A stretch of DNA of 63,623 bases, counting the filler, from an uncultured Methanosarcinales archaeon (GTDB lineage: Archaea; Nanobdellota; Nanobdellia; Woesearchaeales; CAYXTQ01), in assembly GCA_964608065.1 (NCBI GenBank). It is 5 parts of 5 records of this genome, joined end to end, with 100 filler letters (N's around TTAATTAATTAA, not from the genome) between each part and the next. Parts side by side here need not be neighbours in the genome. Positions count along the whole stretch, not along the records: positions 1 to 13,359 come from CAZSMA010000038.1; 4 more parts are not named here. One strand, 5' to 3'. Within the stretch, counting starts at the first letter, position 1. Every line of letters begins with the position of its first letter. The position numbers and the translations under genes are program-made. The notes under the pieces are model-generated. The model searched no databases. It saw only the letters and a list, made by a program, of their open reading frames with translations, and was not told where the DNA came from. Positions 1 through 9,015 of this stretch are shown piece after piece.

Positions 1-172
1 AATGCCTTATGTATTTAAAAAAAAAAAAAAAAAATAAAATTTTTTTTTTAAAAAAATAAAAATTTTTTTTTTTTTTTTTTATAAACAATTAAATTTATAA
101 ATCCATAAAGGATTTGAACTATAAAAGGGGTGTAGTACACTCCAGCTTGTTCTGGAGATTTATGTAATTAAA

Positions 173-1099
173 ATGGATGAATGCAATATAAAAATTCCTG
201 AAATAAAGGATGTTAAAGCACTTGCTTATTATATTCATGAGAATATAGTTCCTGTCAGAAATTATTTTCGAGGAGAACTTCCTCTTTTTTTTATTCTTCC
301 TGACAGGCACGGAGATGAAATGATTTCTTATCATAACTATCATCTACATGTTTTTGATTTGCTTAATAAATTAACAGGTCTTGATTTTGTTGGATTAGAA
401 GGTATGGACGGTATAGTTGATAAGGCGCGGCTTGATAAAACAATACTTGAAGGTGAGATATTTCCCGGAGAAAGGGATATTCGGAAAATAATTATTGAAG
501 AAACTGCAAAATATCCTGAGATTAAAGGCTTGTGCGAGGAAATGTTTGGTCACAACTATGAATCCCTTGAAGATATGATTTCAAACCTGCCTCTTATGCA
601 ACTAGGTTTAAGGGAAAGTATATCCTGCATTGGTTTGGAAAATCCCGAGCTAATGAGAAAAACATTGTCATCCGCTACAATGTTTGATTACGCATCTCTC
701 CTTCTTGCTGTGGTTGTTGGACAGATGTTTAACAGTGGATTTCCCAAAGAATACTGGCCGAAATATGAAAAAGAACAAAAAGAAGCATTGAAAAAATATT
801 TCATGCCAGTATATGAGAGACACCCATATAAAGAGATTTTGCCTGATCCAAAAAAAATATTTGAGAGCCAAACTCCTTTCATTATTATAACAGATCATTT
901 CGCAAAAGCTCATGACACATTTCAGGGAATTGAAAGAAGTATCAATGCAGCTGAGACTGCTTTTAATAAATGTAGTGAAACCGGGAAGAATCAAATGGCT
1001 ATAATTTACGGGATAGGCCATTCAGAAGAGATAGCTGAAGAACTGCGAAAAAAAAATGTATCTTATATAACAATATTAGATTTAGATTCTGTAATATAA
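173..1099 (+). CDS. Hypothetical protein, TraB/Tiki-ChaN-EreA-like fold
   Basis: 308-aa ORF; N-terminal 'LPDRH..VGLEG', C-terminal 'ERS..IIYGIGH..IAEEL' pattern resembles this superfamily. Confidence 0.45.
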   Translation: MDECNIKIPEIKDVKALAYYIHENIVPVRNYFRGELPLFFILPDRHGDEMISYHNYHLHVFDLLNKLTGLDFVGLEGMDGIVDKARLDKTILEGEIFPGERDIRKIIIEETAKYPEIKGLCEEMFGHNYESLEDMISNLPLMQLGLRESISCIGLENPELMRKTLSSATMFDYASLLLAVVVGQMFNSGFPKEYWPKYEKEQKEALKKYFMPVYERHPYKEILPDPKKIFESQTPFIIITDHFAKAHDTFQGIERSINAAETAFNKCSETGKNQMAIIYGIGHSEEIAEELRKKNVSYITILDLDSVI

Positions 1100-1124
1100 A
1101 AAAAAAATCAATGAAAAATTAAAT

Positions 1125-1179
1125 AAGGGGACTATTGTAGAATTTAGTTTAAGTTAAGGTTTATGGTCCCAATCCCCTT
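1125..1179. repeat. Conserved hairpin motif, copy 1
   Basis: ggggacta-N9-ttagtttaagttaaggtWtatggtccc, repeated at 2964-3017 with identical spacing. Confidence 0.85.
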
Positions 1180-1225
1180 CTGAAACCGAAAGTATTATAT
1201 AGGATATCCTATCATATCCTATTAT

Positions 1226-1567
1226 ATGGAAGAAACAACTCAATTCAATATAAGACTGCCAAAGGCATTACTATATGATATGGAATATATAGCACAGAAT
1301 CTTAAGATAAGCAGAAATGACTGGCTGAAGTTTAAGATTGCAGAGTTAGTGTCTAATGAAAAGCTTAAACTGATGGAAAATATAGAGAGACAGTTTATCC
1401 GCGGAACAATTACAGAATTGGAATTTAAGGAAAAAGCAGGATTTAGTCCAACTAAAGAGATGTTAGATTTGAAAAGAACTTATACAGCGGCTGCAAGAAA
1501 AGGTACATTAGCTGCAGAGAAATATGTCAGGGATATTGTGAAAGAAATTAATACAAGATCAAAATGA
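1226..1567 (+). CDS. Ribbon-helix-helix (CopG-like) DNA-binding protein
   Basis: 'TTQFNIRLPKALLYDMEYIAQNLKISRNDWL' RHH pattern; stop overlaps next start (ATGA). Confidence 0.7.
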   Translation: MEETTQFNIRLPKALLYDMEYIAQNLKISRNDWLKFKIAELVSNEKLKLMENIERQFIRGTITELEFKEKAGFSPTKEMLDLKRTYTAAARKGTLAAEKYVRDIVKEINTRSK

Positions 1568-2736
1568 AAACATTTTCAAATTCAAAACTAAGCTGTTTTG
1601 AGCAATGCAAGTTGAAGTTTAAGTTTAACTATATAGATAAAGTTAAAACTGAGATAGAGAATACAGTTGAAGCTTTCTTAGGTTCATTAGTTCATGAAAC
1701 TTTAGAGAAGTTGTATAAGGATTTGAAGTTTCAAAAGCTTAATTCTTTGAAAGAGTTGCTTTCTTTCTTTAATGAAGAATGGAAAAAAAACTGGAATGAT
1801 GGAATTGTTATTGTTAGAGATGAATATTCTGAAAAGAACTATATAAAAATGGGTGAAAAGTTTATTACTGATTATTATAACAAATATAAACCATTTGATC
1901 AGACTAAAACTATAGGATTAGAAACTAAAGGTTTTGTTGATATTGGAGAATATAAAATCCATGTAAGGATTGATAGATTAGCTATGGATGGAGATGTTTA
2001 TGAGATTCATGATTATAAGACTAATAATTCTTTGCCTACACAAGATAGAATAGATCATGATAGACAATTAGCTATCTATGCTTATGGTATTAAGAAGATG
2101 TATCCTGATGCTAAGAAGATTAAGTTAATATGGCATTTTTTAGCTTTTGACAAAGAAATGCACAGTTCAAGAACAGATAAAGATTTGAAGAATATGCAGA
2201 AAGAGGTTCTTGAAGTGATTAAAGATATTTTAAAATGCAAAGAATACCCAGCTAAAGAATCTGCATTATGTGGATGGTGTGAGTTTAGACCTTTATGTCC
2301 TAATTTTAAACATTTATTTTCAATAGAAGATAAGCCAGCTAAAGAATATCTAGATGATGATGGTGTTAAGTTAGTTAATGATTTTGCTTCTTTACATAAA
2401 GAAGTTAAAGAGAAAGAAGAGAAGATGGATAAGATTAAGGATGCATTAGTTGAATTTGCTAAACAGAAGGAAGTTGAGGTTGTTTTTGGTTCTGATATGA
2501 AAGCTTTTGTTAAAAGTTATCCTAAACTTAGTTTTCCTAAGAAAGATGATGATAATAGAGATAAATTCTTTGAAATGGTCAAGAAGATTGGATTATGGAA
2601 TAAGTTAGCTGTTGTTGATGTTTATGAATTAGCCAAGATGATAAACAAAGGAGAAATCAATGAAGAACTGAAGAAGTTATTGGATAAGTTTATAGAGAAA
2701 GGTGAAATTATTAGAGTTGGGTTGAGGAAGAGATAA
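1564..2736 (+). CDS. PD-(D/E)XK nuclease, RecB/AddB/Cas4-like, probable Fe-S cysteines
   Basis: S.SKL..FEQC, G..VH, RIDRL, IHDYKT, QL.IYA, CGWCEFRPLC. Confidence 0.85.
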   Translation: MKTFSNSKLSCFEQCKLKFKFNYIDKVKTEIENTVEAFLGSLVHETLEKLYKDLKFQKLNSLKELLSFFNEEWKKNWNDGIVIVRDEYSEKNYIKMGEKFITDYYNKYKPFDQTKTIGLETKGFVDIGEYKIHVRIDRLAMDGDVYEIHDYKTNNSLPTQDRIDHDRQLAIYAYGIKKMYPDAKKIKLIWHFLAFDKEMHSSRTDKDLKNMQKEVLEVIKDILKCKEYPAKESALCGWCEFRPLCPNFKHLFSIEDKPAKEYLDDDGVKLVNDFASLHKEVKEKEEKMDKIKDALVEFAKQKEVEVVFGSDMKAFVKSYPKLSFPKKDDDNRDKFFEMVKKIGLWNKLAVVDVYELAKMINKGEINEELKKLLDKFIEKGEIIRVGLRKR

Positions 2737-2755
2737 GATTTTTGGAAAAGTTATA

Positions 2756-2965
2756 ATGCCCAGAAAAAGAAAAATAGATGAACTTAAAAGAAAAATAAAA
2801 GAAATAGAAGATTATCTAGGTCCAAGGGTAAAGTTTTCATCTGATGAATGGCCTAGGAATAAAGTTAATAGATGGTTGATGGAGTATTTGATTTTGATTA
2901 AGAAGGATTATTATAGGAAGTTGAAATCAATAAAAAGAGTCAATAGGAAAAGGAAAAATAAATAG
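2756..2965 (+). CDS. Small basic hypothetical protein
   Basis: 69-aa ORF 19 bp after the nuclease, same strand. Confidence 0.5.
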   Translation: MPRKRKIDELKRKIKEIEDYLGPRVKFSSDEWPRNKVNRWLMEYLILIKKDYYRKLKSIKRVNRKRKNK

Positions 2966-3017
2966 GGGGACTACCTATTACATTAGTTTAAGTTAAGGTA
3001 TATGGTCCCCACCCCCT
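2964..3017. repeat. Conserved hairpin motif, copy 2
   Basis: Direct repeat of 1125-1179 with a different 9-nt internal segment. Confidence 0.85.
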
Positions 3018-3086
3018 GGTGGAATATAAAGACTTATATATATCTAAGATATATCTCATTAATATATATCCAAAGAGGTAATTTAT

Positions 3087-3365
3087 ATGGAATTTACTTA
3101 TAAAGGAAAACCAATAATGCCTACTAAAACAGCATTAAATGAGTTAAGTGATATTGATTTGGATTTATATGATGTACCTGAGATTTTGGAAAAAGGAGTT
3201 GAACTAAGAAAAAGAAAGAAAAATATTACTGAAAGAGCAGTTACTAAAGGTAATAAAATAATAAACGTAGTTGTGGTTGATATGGGCAATTACTATAAAC
3301 TGATACATGCTGGAAAATTTACTTTAACTAAAAAGTTTAAAAAATTAATGAGGGATAAAAAATGA
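3087..3365 (+). CDS. Putative type II toxin (DUF4258/MqsR-like RNase)
   Basis: 92 aa, 'PTKTALNEL...IINVVV...YKLIHAG'; overlaps a Zn-finger antitoxin-like gene. Confidence 0.55.
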   Translation: MEFTYKGKPIMPTKTALNELSDIDLDLYDVPEILEKGVELRKRKKNITERAVTKGNKIINVVVVDMGNYYKLIHAGKFTLTKKFKKLMRDKK

Positions 3366-3679
3366 ATTTCGAAAACTTAAAAATAAAATGTGAATGTGGG
3401 GGATCTATGGAAAAAATAAAGACAGAATGGAAAGGTATAGTTGTTAGAGGATGGAAATGCAAGAAATGTAGAGAAGAAGTTATAAATCCAATAGATGCCC
3501 AAAAAGCACTGGAGATAGAAAAGGCTAGGAAGGGGAATAAGCTGAAAGTAAAATTAAGAAAAGTTGGGAAAAGTGATGTTGTAACTATACCTAGTATAAT
3601 AAAGAAACTTGAAAATTTAAGAAGCGGTCAGGAATTAGAGTGGAGTATTGAAGGTAAAAAATTAGTGTTAATACCTTAA
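3362..3679 (+). CDS. Putative antitoxin: YgiT/MqsA-type Zn ribbon fused to AbrB/MazE domain
   Basis: CECGG..M and CKKC..E; C-terminal 'KLRKVGKSDVVTIP..I...L..GQEL.W'. Confidence 0.7.
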   Translation: MNFENLKIKCECGGSMEKIKTEWKGIVVRGWKCKKCREEVINPIDAQKALEIEKARKGNKLKVKLRKVGKSDVVTIPSIIKKLENLRSGQELEWSIEGKKLVLIP

Positions 3680-3927
3680 AGAAAATAAACATCCCCCACT
3701 TTATTTTCTCCTTTTTCTTTTTTTATTAAATTATTTCTAACTAACTTATTCAAAGCTTTATAAGTGCTAGAATATTTTTTGAAAAGGTTTAGTTTATGAA
3801 TTTCTTTTACGCTTTTTGGTTCTTTTAAATTTAATAGAATCATTATATGATTAGAATTAGCTAATAAAGAGAATTTCTTGCTTAGTTCTTGGATGTTGGT
3901 TTTCTGTAGATTGAATGTTAGGAGCAT
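3676..3927 (-). CDS. Winged-HTH (ArsR-like) regulator
   Basis: 'LANSNHIMILLNL..PKSVKEI...STYKALNKL...LI'. Confidence 0.65.
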   Translation of the reverse strand: MLLTFNLQKTNIQELSKKFSLLANSNHIMILLNLKEPKSVKEIHKLNLFKKYSSTYKALNKLVRNNLIKKEKGENKVGDVYFL

Positions 3928-4089
3928 GGAAATAAATAAAAAGGAGCAATATAAATAGATTTGGAGCCGTATATGGCTACATGATTTCTATATCATTTAA
4001 TTGTTGCCATGAGTGGGAATATATTGCCGGAAGGGGGAAAGGTTTATAAAATTTATACTATTACTACTCAATAATTGGGGGTAAAAAAA

Positions 4090-5592
4090 ATGTCAAATAA
4101 TGGTCATGGATTAGGATTTGAGCAAAAGCTTTGGACAGCTGCAGATAAAATGCGTAATAACATGGATGCTGCTGAGTACAAGCATGTTGCATTGGGTCTA
4201 ATATTCCTAAAGTATATTTCTGATAGTTTTAATCAGCTGTATGAAAAATTAAAAAATGATCCCAACAGTTTGGGTCCAGAAGAGCGTGATGAATACAAAG
4301 CTGAAGAAGTTTTCTGGGTACCGAAAGAAGCAAGATGGCAATTCCTACAGGATCATGCAAAACAGCCAGAAATTGGTAAAATACTTGACGATGCTATGGA
4401 TTTGATTGAAAAAGAAAATCCATCTCTAAAAGCTGTTCTTCCAAAGGATTATGCTCGTCCTGCACTGGATAAACGAAGGTTAGGAGAATTAATTGATTTA
4501 ATTGGAACTATTGGTCTAGGTGATGCTGAAAGCAAGAAAAAAGATATCTTGGGAAGAGTATATGAGTATTTTTTAGGCCAGTTTGCTGATGCAGAAGGAA
4601 AAAAGGGTGGACAATTCTATACACCTCAAAGTATTGTTAAATTACTTGTTAAAATGATTGAACCCTACAAAGGTAGGGTATATGATCCTTGTTGTGGTAG
4701 TGGAGGAATGTTTGTTCAATCTGAAAAGTTTGTTGAAGAGCATTCTGGTAAAATTGATGATGTTTCAATATATGGCCAGGAAAGTAATCCTACAACCTGG
4801 AAGCTATGTAAGATGAATCTTGCTATACGAGGAATTGAGAGTAAGCAAATTGCTTCTGGAGATTCATTTCATAAAGATGAACATAAGGATCTTCGTTCAG
4901 ATTTTATACTTGCAAATCCACCATTTAACATATCTGACTGGGGTGGAGAGCATTTACGCGAAGATGTAAGGTGGAAATATGGTGTTCCTCCAAAAGGAAA
5001 TGCAAATTTTGCATGGTTACAGCACATGATCCATCATTTATCAGATAAAGGTGTAATTGGTGTAGTGTTGGCTAATGGTTCAATGTCTTCAAATACCTCT
5101 GGAGAAGGGGATATCAGGAAGAATATGGTTGAAGGTAATGTAATTGACTGCATGGTAGCCTTACCTTCTCAGTTATTCTATAATACAATGATTCCTGCGT
5201 GCCTTTGGTTTATTAGAAAAGGCAAGAAAGATACTCATACTCTTTTTATTGATGCTCGTAAGATGGGAACAATGATTACAAGACGTAATAGAGAGTTAAC
5301 TGATGAGGATATTAAGAAGATTTCTTCAACTTATCATGCCTGGAGAAAGGGCAAAGGTTATTCTGATATTGATGGTTTTTGTAAAAGCGCCCCACTTGAA
5401 GATATTAGAAAGCACGGACACATATTGACTCCTGGAAGATATGTTGGAGTTGAAGAAGAGGAAGATGATGGAATTCCTTTTGAAGACAAGATGAAAGAGC
5501 TAACAACTGATCTTAAAAAGCAGATGGAAGAAGGTAAGAAGCTTGATGAAGAGATAAAAAAGAATTTGGAAGGGATTGGGTTTAAGATTTAA
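4090..5592 (+). CDS. hsdM: Type I R-M methyltransferase subunit M
   Basis: [23 protein letters not shown]; start moved to ATG 4090 after a GGGGG RBS. Confidence 0.97.
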   Translation: MSNNGHGLGFEQKLWTAADKMRNNMDAAEYKHVALGLIFLKYISDSFNQLYEKLKNDPNSLGPEERDEYKAEEVFWVPKEARWQFLQDHAKQPEIGKILDDAMDLIEKENPSLKAVLPKDYARPALDKRRLGELIDLIGTIGLGDAESKKKDILGRVYEYFLGQFADAEGKKGGQFYTPQSIVKLLVKMIEPYKGRVYDPCCGSGGMFVQSEKFVEEHSGKIDDVSIYGQESNPTTWKLCKMNLAIRGIESKQIASGDSFHKDEHKDLRSDFILANPPFNISDWGGEHLREDVRWKYGVPPKGNANFAWLQHMIHHLSDKGVIGVVLANGSMSSNTSGEGDIRKNMVEGNVIDCMVALPSQLFYNTMIPACLWFIRKGKKDTHTLFIDARKMGTMITRRNRELTDEDIKKISSTYHAWRKGKGYSDIDGFCKSAPLEDIRKHGHILTPGRYVGVEEEEDDGIPFEDKMKELTTDLKKQMEEGKKLDEEIKKNLEGIGFKI

Positions 5593-5593
5593 G

Positions 5594-5767
5594 ATGTTTG
5601 GAAATCAAGGAACAATTATTGGATTGAGTAAGAAGGTTAAGAAGTATAAATTAATAGTTGAGAAGCTGGTTAATAAGAAAGAATTAGCAGCTGATGAAAA
5701 AGAGTTTTTAGAGAAGGAAGAAATAGGAATTGAAGATGGCAGTCAAAAAAAAGAAACCAGATATTAA
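5594..5767 (+). CDS. Small hypothetical protein
   Basis: 57-aa ORF packed between hsdM and the next gene. Confidence 0.35.
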   Translation: MFGNQGTIIGLSKKVKKYKLIVEKLVNKKELAADEKEFLEKEEIGIEDGSQKKETRY

Positions 5768-6701
5768 AATATTAGGTCCTGCTGAAAAATGGGAAAATGG
5801 AGAAAAAATTAGTTCTATGGCCCCCTTAGAGATTGAAGGAAGGAAAGGTATCTCGGTTCGTGTTGGAAAAAAACAAGGTAATTATGAAAATTATACTCAT
5901 AAGCTGTGGATTGATGGTAAATTTAATTTTTCTTCTTGGTTAAGATGGTTAATTAAAACAATAAAAAAGCCATATTTCATTCTTTTTGGAAAAACATTAA
6001 ACCTTGATGAGGAGATTGAATCTTATAAAACAAAAAAAGAAGAATTAACAAAACAATTAGCAGAATTACAAATTAGATTAAATCTGGCTGAAAAAAAGAA
6101 TCAAGAAAATAAGAAGTTAATAGAGTTAGCTAACAAAACAAAGTCTAGGTACAAAAGAGATTTTAGAAAACTTTTTAATGATTTTTGTAAAGTCATTGAG
6201 GAAAGTATACAGTTGGGGCAAGGAAAAGAAGAACAAATTAAAACCAAAATAAAGGAACAGCCATGGCTTTTAGGTCTAGAATGTTTTGTAGAGGCAAAAA
6301 ATCAAGATGTAGACATTCAAACAGAGATAGATCTACATATTAAAACAAGATACAACAAAGATGTAATTGTAGAAGTCAAAAGCCCACATATAAATCCTCT
6401 TAAAAGAAAAAGTCATGAAAAAAGTAGACTTATCCTATCTCCAGAATTGGCAGAAGCAATAAGTGAGATAGTATATTATTTAAGAAGAACAGATATCTAT
6501 AGCGAGAAAGCAGGAGAGGGAGTTTATGGAATTCAAAAAGCTGAAGGGATAATTCTGACTGGATCAAATTTATCAGATGAAGAAAAAAGAGTACTAAAGG
6601 AAATAAACTTCCATTTTTGCCCATATATAAAAATAATCACATTTGATGATCTAAAAGAGAACATCGAAAGAGAAATAAATTTATTAGAAACAATTCAATG
6701 A
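5736..6701 (+). CDS. Shedu-like (DUF4263) anti-phage nuclease with coiled-coil N-terminal region
   Basis: 'EEQIK..I..QPWLLG', 'IDL...VIVEVKSP', 'LSPELAEAI', 'GIILTG', 'IITFDDL'. Confidence 0.7.
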   Translation: MAVKKKKPDIKILGPAEKWENGEKISSMAPLEIEGRKGISVRVGKKQGNYENYTHKLWIDGKFNFSSWLRWLIKTIKKPYFILFGKTLNLDEEIESYKTKKEELTKQLAELQIRLNLAEKKNQENKKLIELANKTKSRYKRDFRKLFNDFCKVIEESIQLGQGKEEQIKTKIKEQPWLLGLECFVEAKNQDVDIQTEIDLHIKTRYNKDVIVEVKSPHINPLKRKSHEKSRLILSPELAEAISEIVYYLRRTDIYSEKAGEGVYGIQKAEGIILTGSNLSDEEKRVLKEINFHFCPYIKIITFDDLKENIEREINLLETIQ

Positions 6702-8050
6702 ACCAAAAAACAAAATTTAAAGAAACTGAAATAGGAGAAATCCCTGAAGATTGGGAAGTACGACAATTTAAAGAGATTTTAATAGGAAACATTAAACACG
6801 GCATTTATAAAAGTAAAGAATATTTTAGAGAAAGTCCTGTCAAGATATTAAAAATGGGTGTGCAATATGGAAATGCTCGCATAGGAAATCAACAAATGGA
6901 TTCAATTGTGGTTACAGGGGGGGAATTAAAACGATTTAAAATAGAAACAGGCAACCTTATGTTCTCAAGAACTTCTATGATGACTGATGGCGCTGGAAAA
7001 TGTAGCCTTGTTATTGAACATAAAAATCCCATCGTTTTTGATGGAAATATTTTATGTGCTGTATTAAATAATAAATTAGCACATCCTGAGTATTTTTACT
7101 ATCAATTTAATTCAAAGTTATCAAAAGATGAATTATCCAAAATTACTGCAGGGACACAATCAAGAAATATTTCTGGTTCAAACTTAATGAAGTTACTCAT
7201 AATCATTCCACCAATGCCTGAGCAGCAAGCCATAGCTAAAATCTTTTCAGACCTTGATTCAAAAATAGAATTACTCCAAAAACAAAACCAAACATTAGAA
7301 AAAATAGGTCAGGCTTTGTTTAAGCACTGGTTTGTTGATTTTGAATTTCCGAATGAAGGCAAGCCTTACAAATCTTCAGGCGGAAAGATGGTTGATTCTG
7401 AATTAGGGGAGATTCCGAAAGGGTGGGAAGTTAGAAAATTGGGAGATTTTATTTTTGTTGAAAGAGGACTTTCATATAAAGGAAGTGGACTTTGCGAAGA
7501 TGGAATTCCTATGATTAATCTCGGAAATATTGCGCCAAATAATCATTTCAGATATGAAGGATTAAAATTTTATGCTGGAGAATACAAAGAAAGGAATCTG
7601 GTTAAACCTGGAGATTTAGTAATAGCCAACACAGATATTACTCAAAAAAGAGAAGTTCTTGGTAGTTGTTTAGTGGTACCTGCTGATTTAGGTTCTGATA
7701 AAATAATTTTCACTCACCATATTTATGTAGTAAGACATAAAAATTCAAAATTATCCAATCATTTCTTATCTTTTCTTCTACAAATTCCAGAGTATAGGGA
7801 AAGAGCAACCGGCTTTGCTACTGGAACTACAGTTCTGGCTCTTCCAGAAGATGCAATTTTAAATTTTAATTTTGTTTTACCCCCTGAACATGTAACGAAA
7901 AAATACAATCTTTTAGTAACCCACATAAAAAATAAAGCATCACTAAATATTATAGAATCAAAGAATCTATCAAAAATTAGAGATTCCCTCTTACCAAAAC
8001 TAATGTCAGGAAAAATAAGGGTGCCAATTGAGGTGAAACAAAATGCCTAA
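6698..8050 (+). CDS. hsdS: Type I R-M specificity subunit S
   Basis: Two TRDs with repeats ETEIGEIPEDW / DSELGEIPKGW, 'PP..EQQAI', 'RDSLLPKLMSG'. Confidence 0.96.
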   Translation: MNQKTKFKETEIGEIPEDWEVRQFKEILIGNIKHGIYKSKEYFRESPVKILKMGVQYGNARIGNQQMDSIVVTGGELKRFKIETGNLMFSRTSMMTDGAGKCSLVIEHKNPIVFDGNILCAVLNNKLAHPEYFYYQFNSKLSKDELSKITAGTQSRNISGSNLMKLLIIIPPMPEQQAIAKIFSDLDSKIELLQKQNQTLEKIGQALFKHWFVDFEFPNEGKPYKSSGGKMVDSELGEIPKGWEVRKLGDFIFVERGLSYKGSGLCEDGIPMINLGNIAPNNHFRYEGLKFYAGEYKERNLVKPGDLVIANTDITQKREVLGSCLVVPADLGSDKIIFTHHIYVVRHKNSKLSNHFLSFLLQIPEYRERATGFATGTTVLALPEDAILNFNFVLPPEHVTKKYNLLVTHIKNKASLNIIESKNLSKIRDSLLPKLMSGKIRVPIEVKQNA

Positions 8051-9014
8051 TTTATTTGTGTTAAGAGCAAATTTTGGACAATATACTGAACATTTTCTTA
8101 ACGGAGGTTATATTGGAATAGGTTGGATTAAGGATAAAAACCTATCTGAGGTTAAAACTAAAGAGGAAATTCAAAAATTATATGTAGAAAGGCACCCAGA
8201 TGAAAAAAGTCCAAATGTTATAGGTCAACAAGTAGGCCAAATAGCAAGATTCCTTTTTGACATACAACCAGGAGATTATGTTATAACTCCAGATTTTAAT
8301 AGCGAATATTTACATTATGGTATTGTTAAAGAAGAACCATATTATTATGCTACTGAAGATGATGGTTGTCCTTATGTTCATAGAAAAAAAGTAAAATGGA
8401 ATAAGGAAGTAGTACAAAGAAAACAATTCTCAGTCCCTTTTCAGAATAGTATAAGATCATCATTAACTATATTTTTAGTTAAAGATAGGCATAATTTTTT
8501 TGAAACCATTGGGAAAAAGGAATTTGTTTCACAAAAGATTGCAGTTAAAGAATCACCGGAAGAAACTGTTCTCAGAAGAATCTTAGAACTAGATGCTAAA
8601 GAATTTGAAATTCTTGTAACTGCATTGTTAAATGCTTTAGGTTTTGAAGCTGAGCATACAGGAAAGGTTGGTGATGAAGGAGTGGATGCAACAGGCGAAC
8701 TAGATTTATATGGACTGGCTAAGATAAAATTATTTGTTCAGGCAAAAAGATATAAAGCAGATGCTAAGATAAATGCTAAGCAAGTAAGGGCATTAAGACA
8801 AAATATCAAAGCTGGAGCCCAAGGTGCATTTATTACAACAGCAAACTTTCAAAAAGACGCATTACAAGTAGCTGTTGAATCAGGATTTCCAAGAATCGGA
8901 ACAATCAATGGTAGTCAACTGGTAGATTTATTATCTGAAAAATGGGAAGATTTAGAATTACCAGAGGAATTAAAACAAAAATTAGCACTTAAGAGGGGAT
9001 TAGTGATAGAATAA
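8043..9014 (+). CDS. mrr: Mrr-family (type IV) restriction endonuclease
   Basis: 'FEILV..LL.ALGF', 'GDEGVDA', 'VQAKRY', 'GAFITT..F'. Confidence 0.88.
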   Translation: MPNLFVLRANFGQYTEHFLNGGYIGIGWIKDKNLSEVKTKEEIQKLYVERHPDEKSPNVIGQQVGQIARFLFDIQPGDYVITPDFNSEYLHYGIVKEEPYYYATEDDGCPYVHRKKVKWNKEVVQRKQFSVPFQNSIRSSLTIFLVKDRHNFFETIGKKEFVSQKIAVKESPEETVLRRILELDAKEFEILVTALLNALGFEAEHTGKVGDEGVDATGELDLYGLAKIKLFVQAKRYKADAKINAKQVRALRQNIKAGAQGAFITTANFQKDALQVAVESGFPRIGTINGSQLVDLLSEKWEDLELPEELKQKLALKRGLVIE

Positions 9015-9015
9015 A

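Noticed and set aside
1..90. Poly-A/poly-T palindromic-looking tract
   Set aside because: Low-complexity homopolymers at the window edge; terminator-like or assembly noise.
1125..3017. CRISPR or TIGR array interpretation of the paired motif with the Cas4-like nuclease
   Set aside because: Only two copies, 1.8 kb apart and not tandem; no cas1/cas2 or Nop-domain gene in the window.
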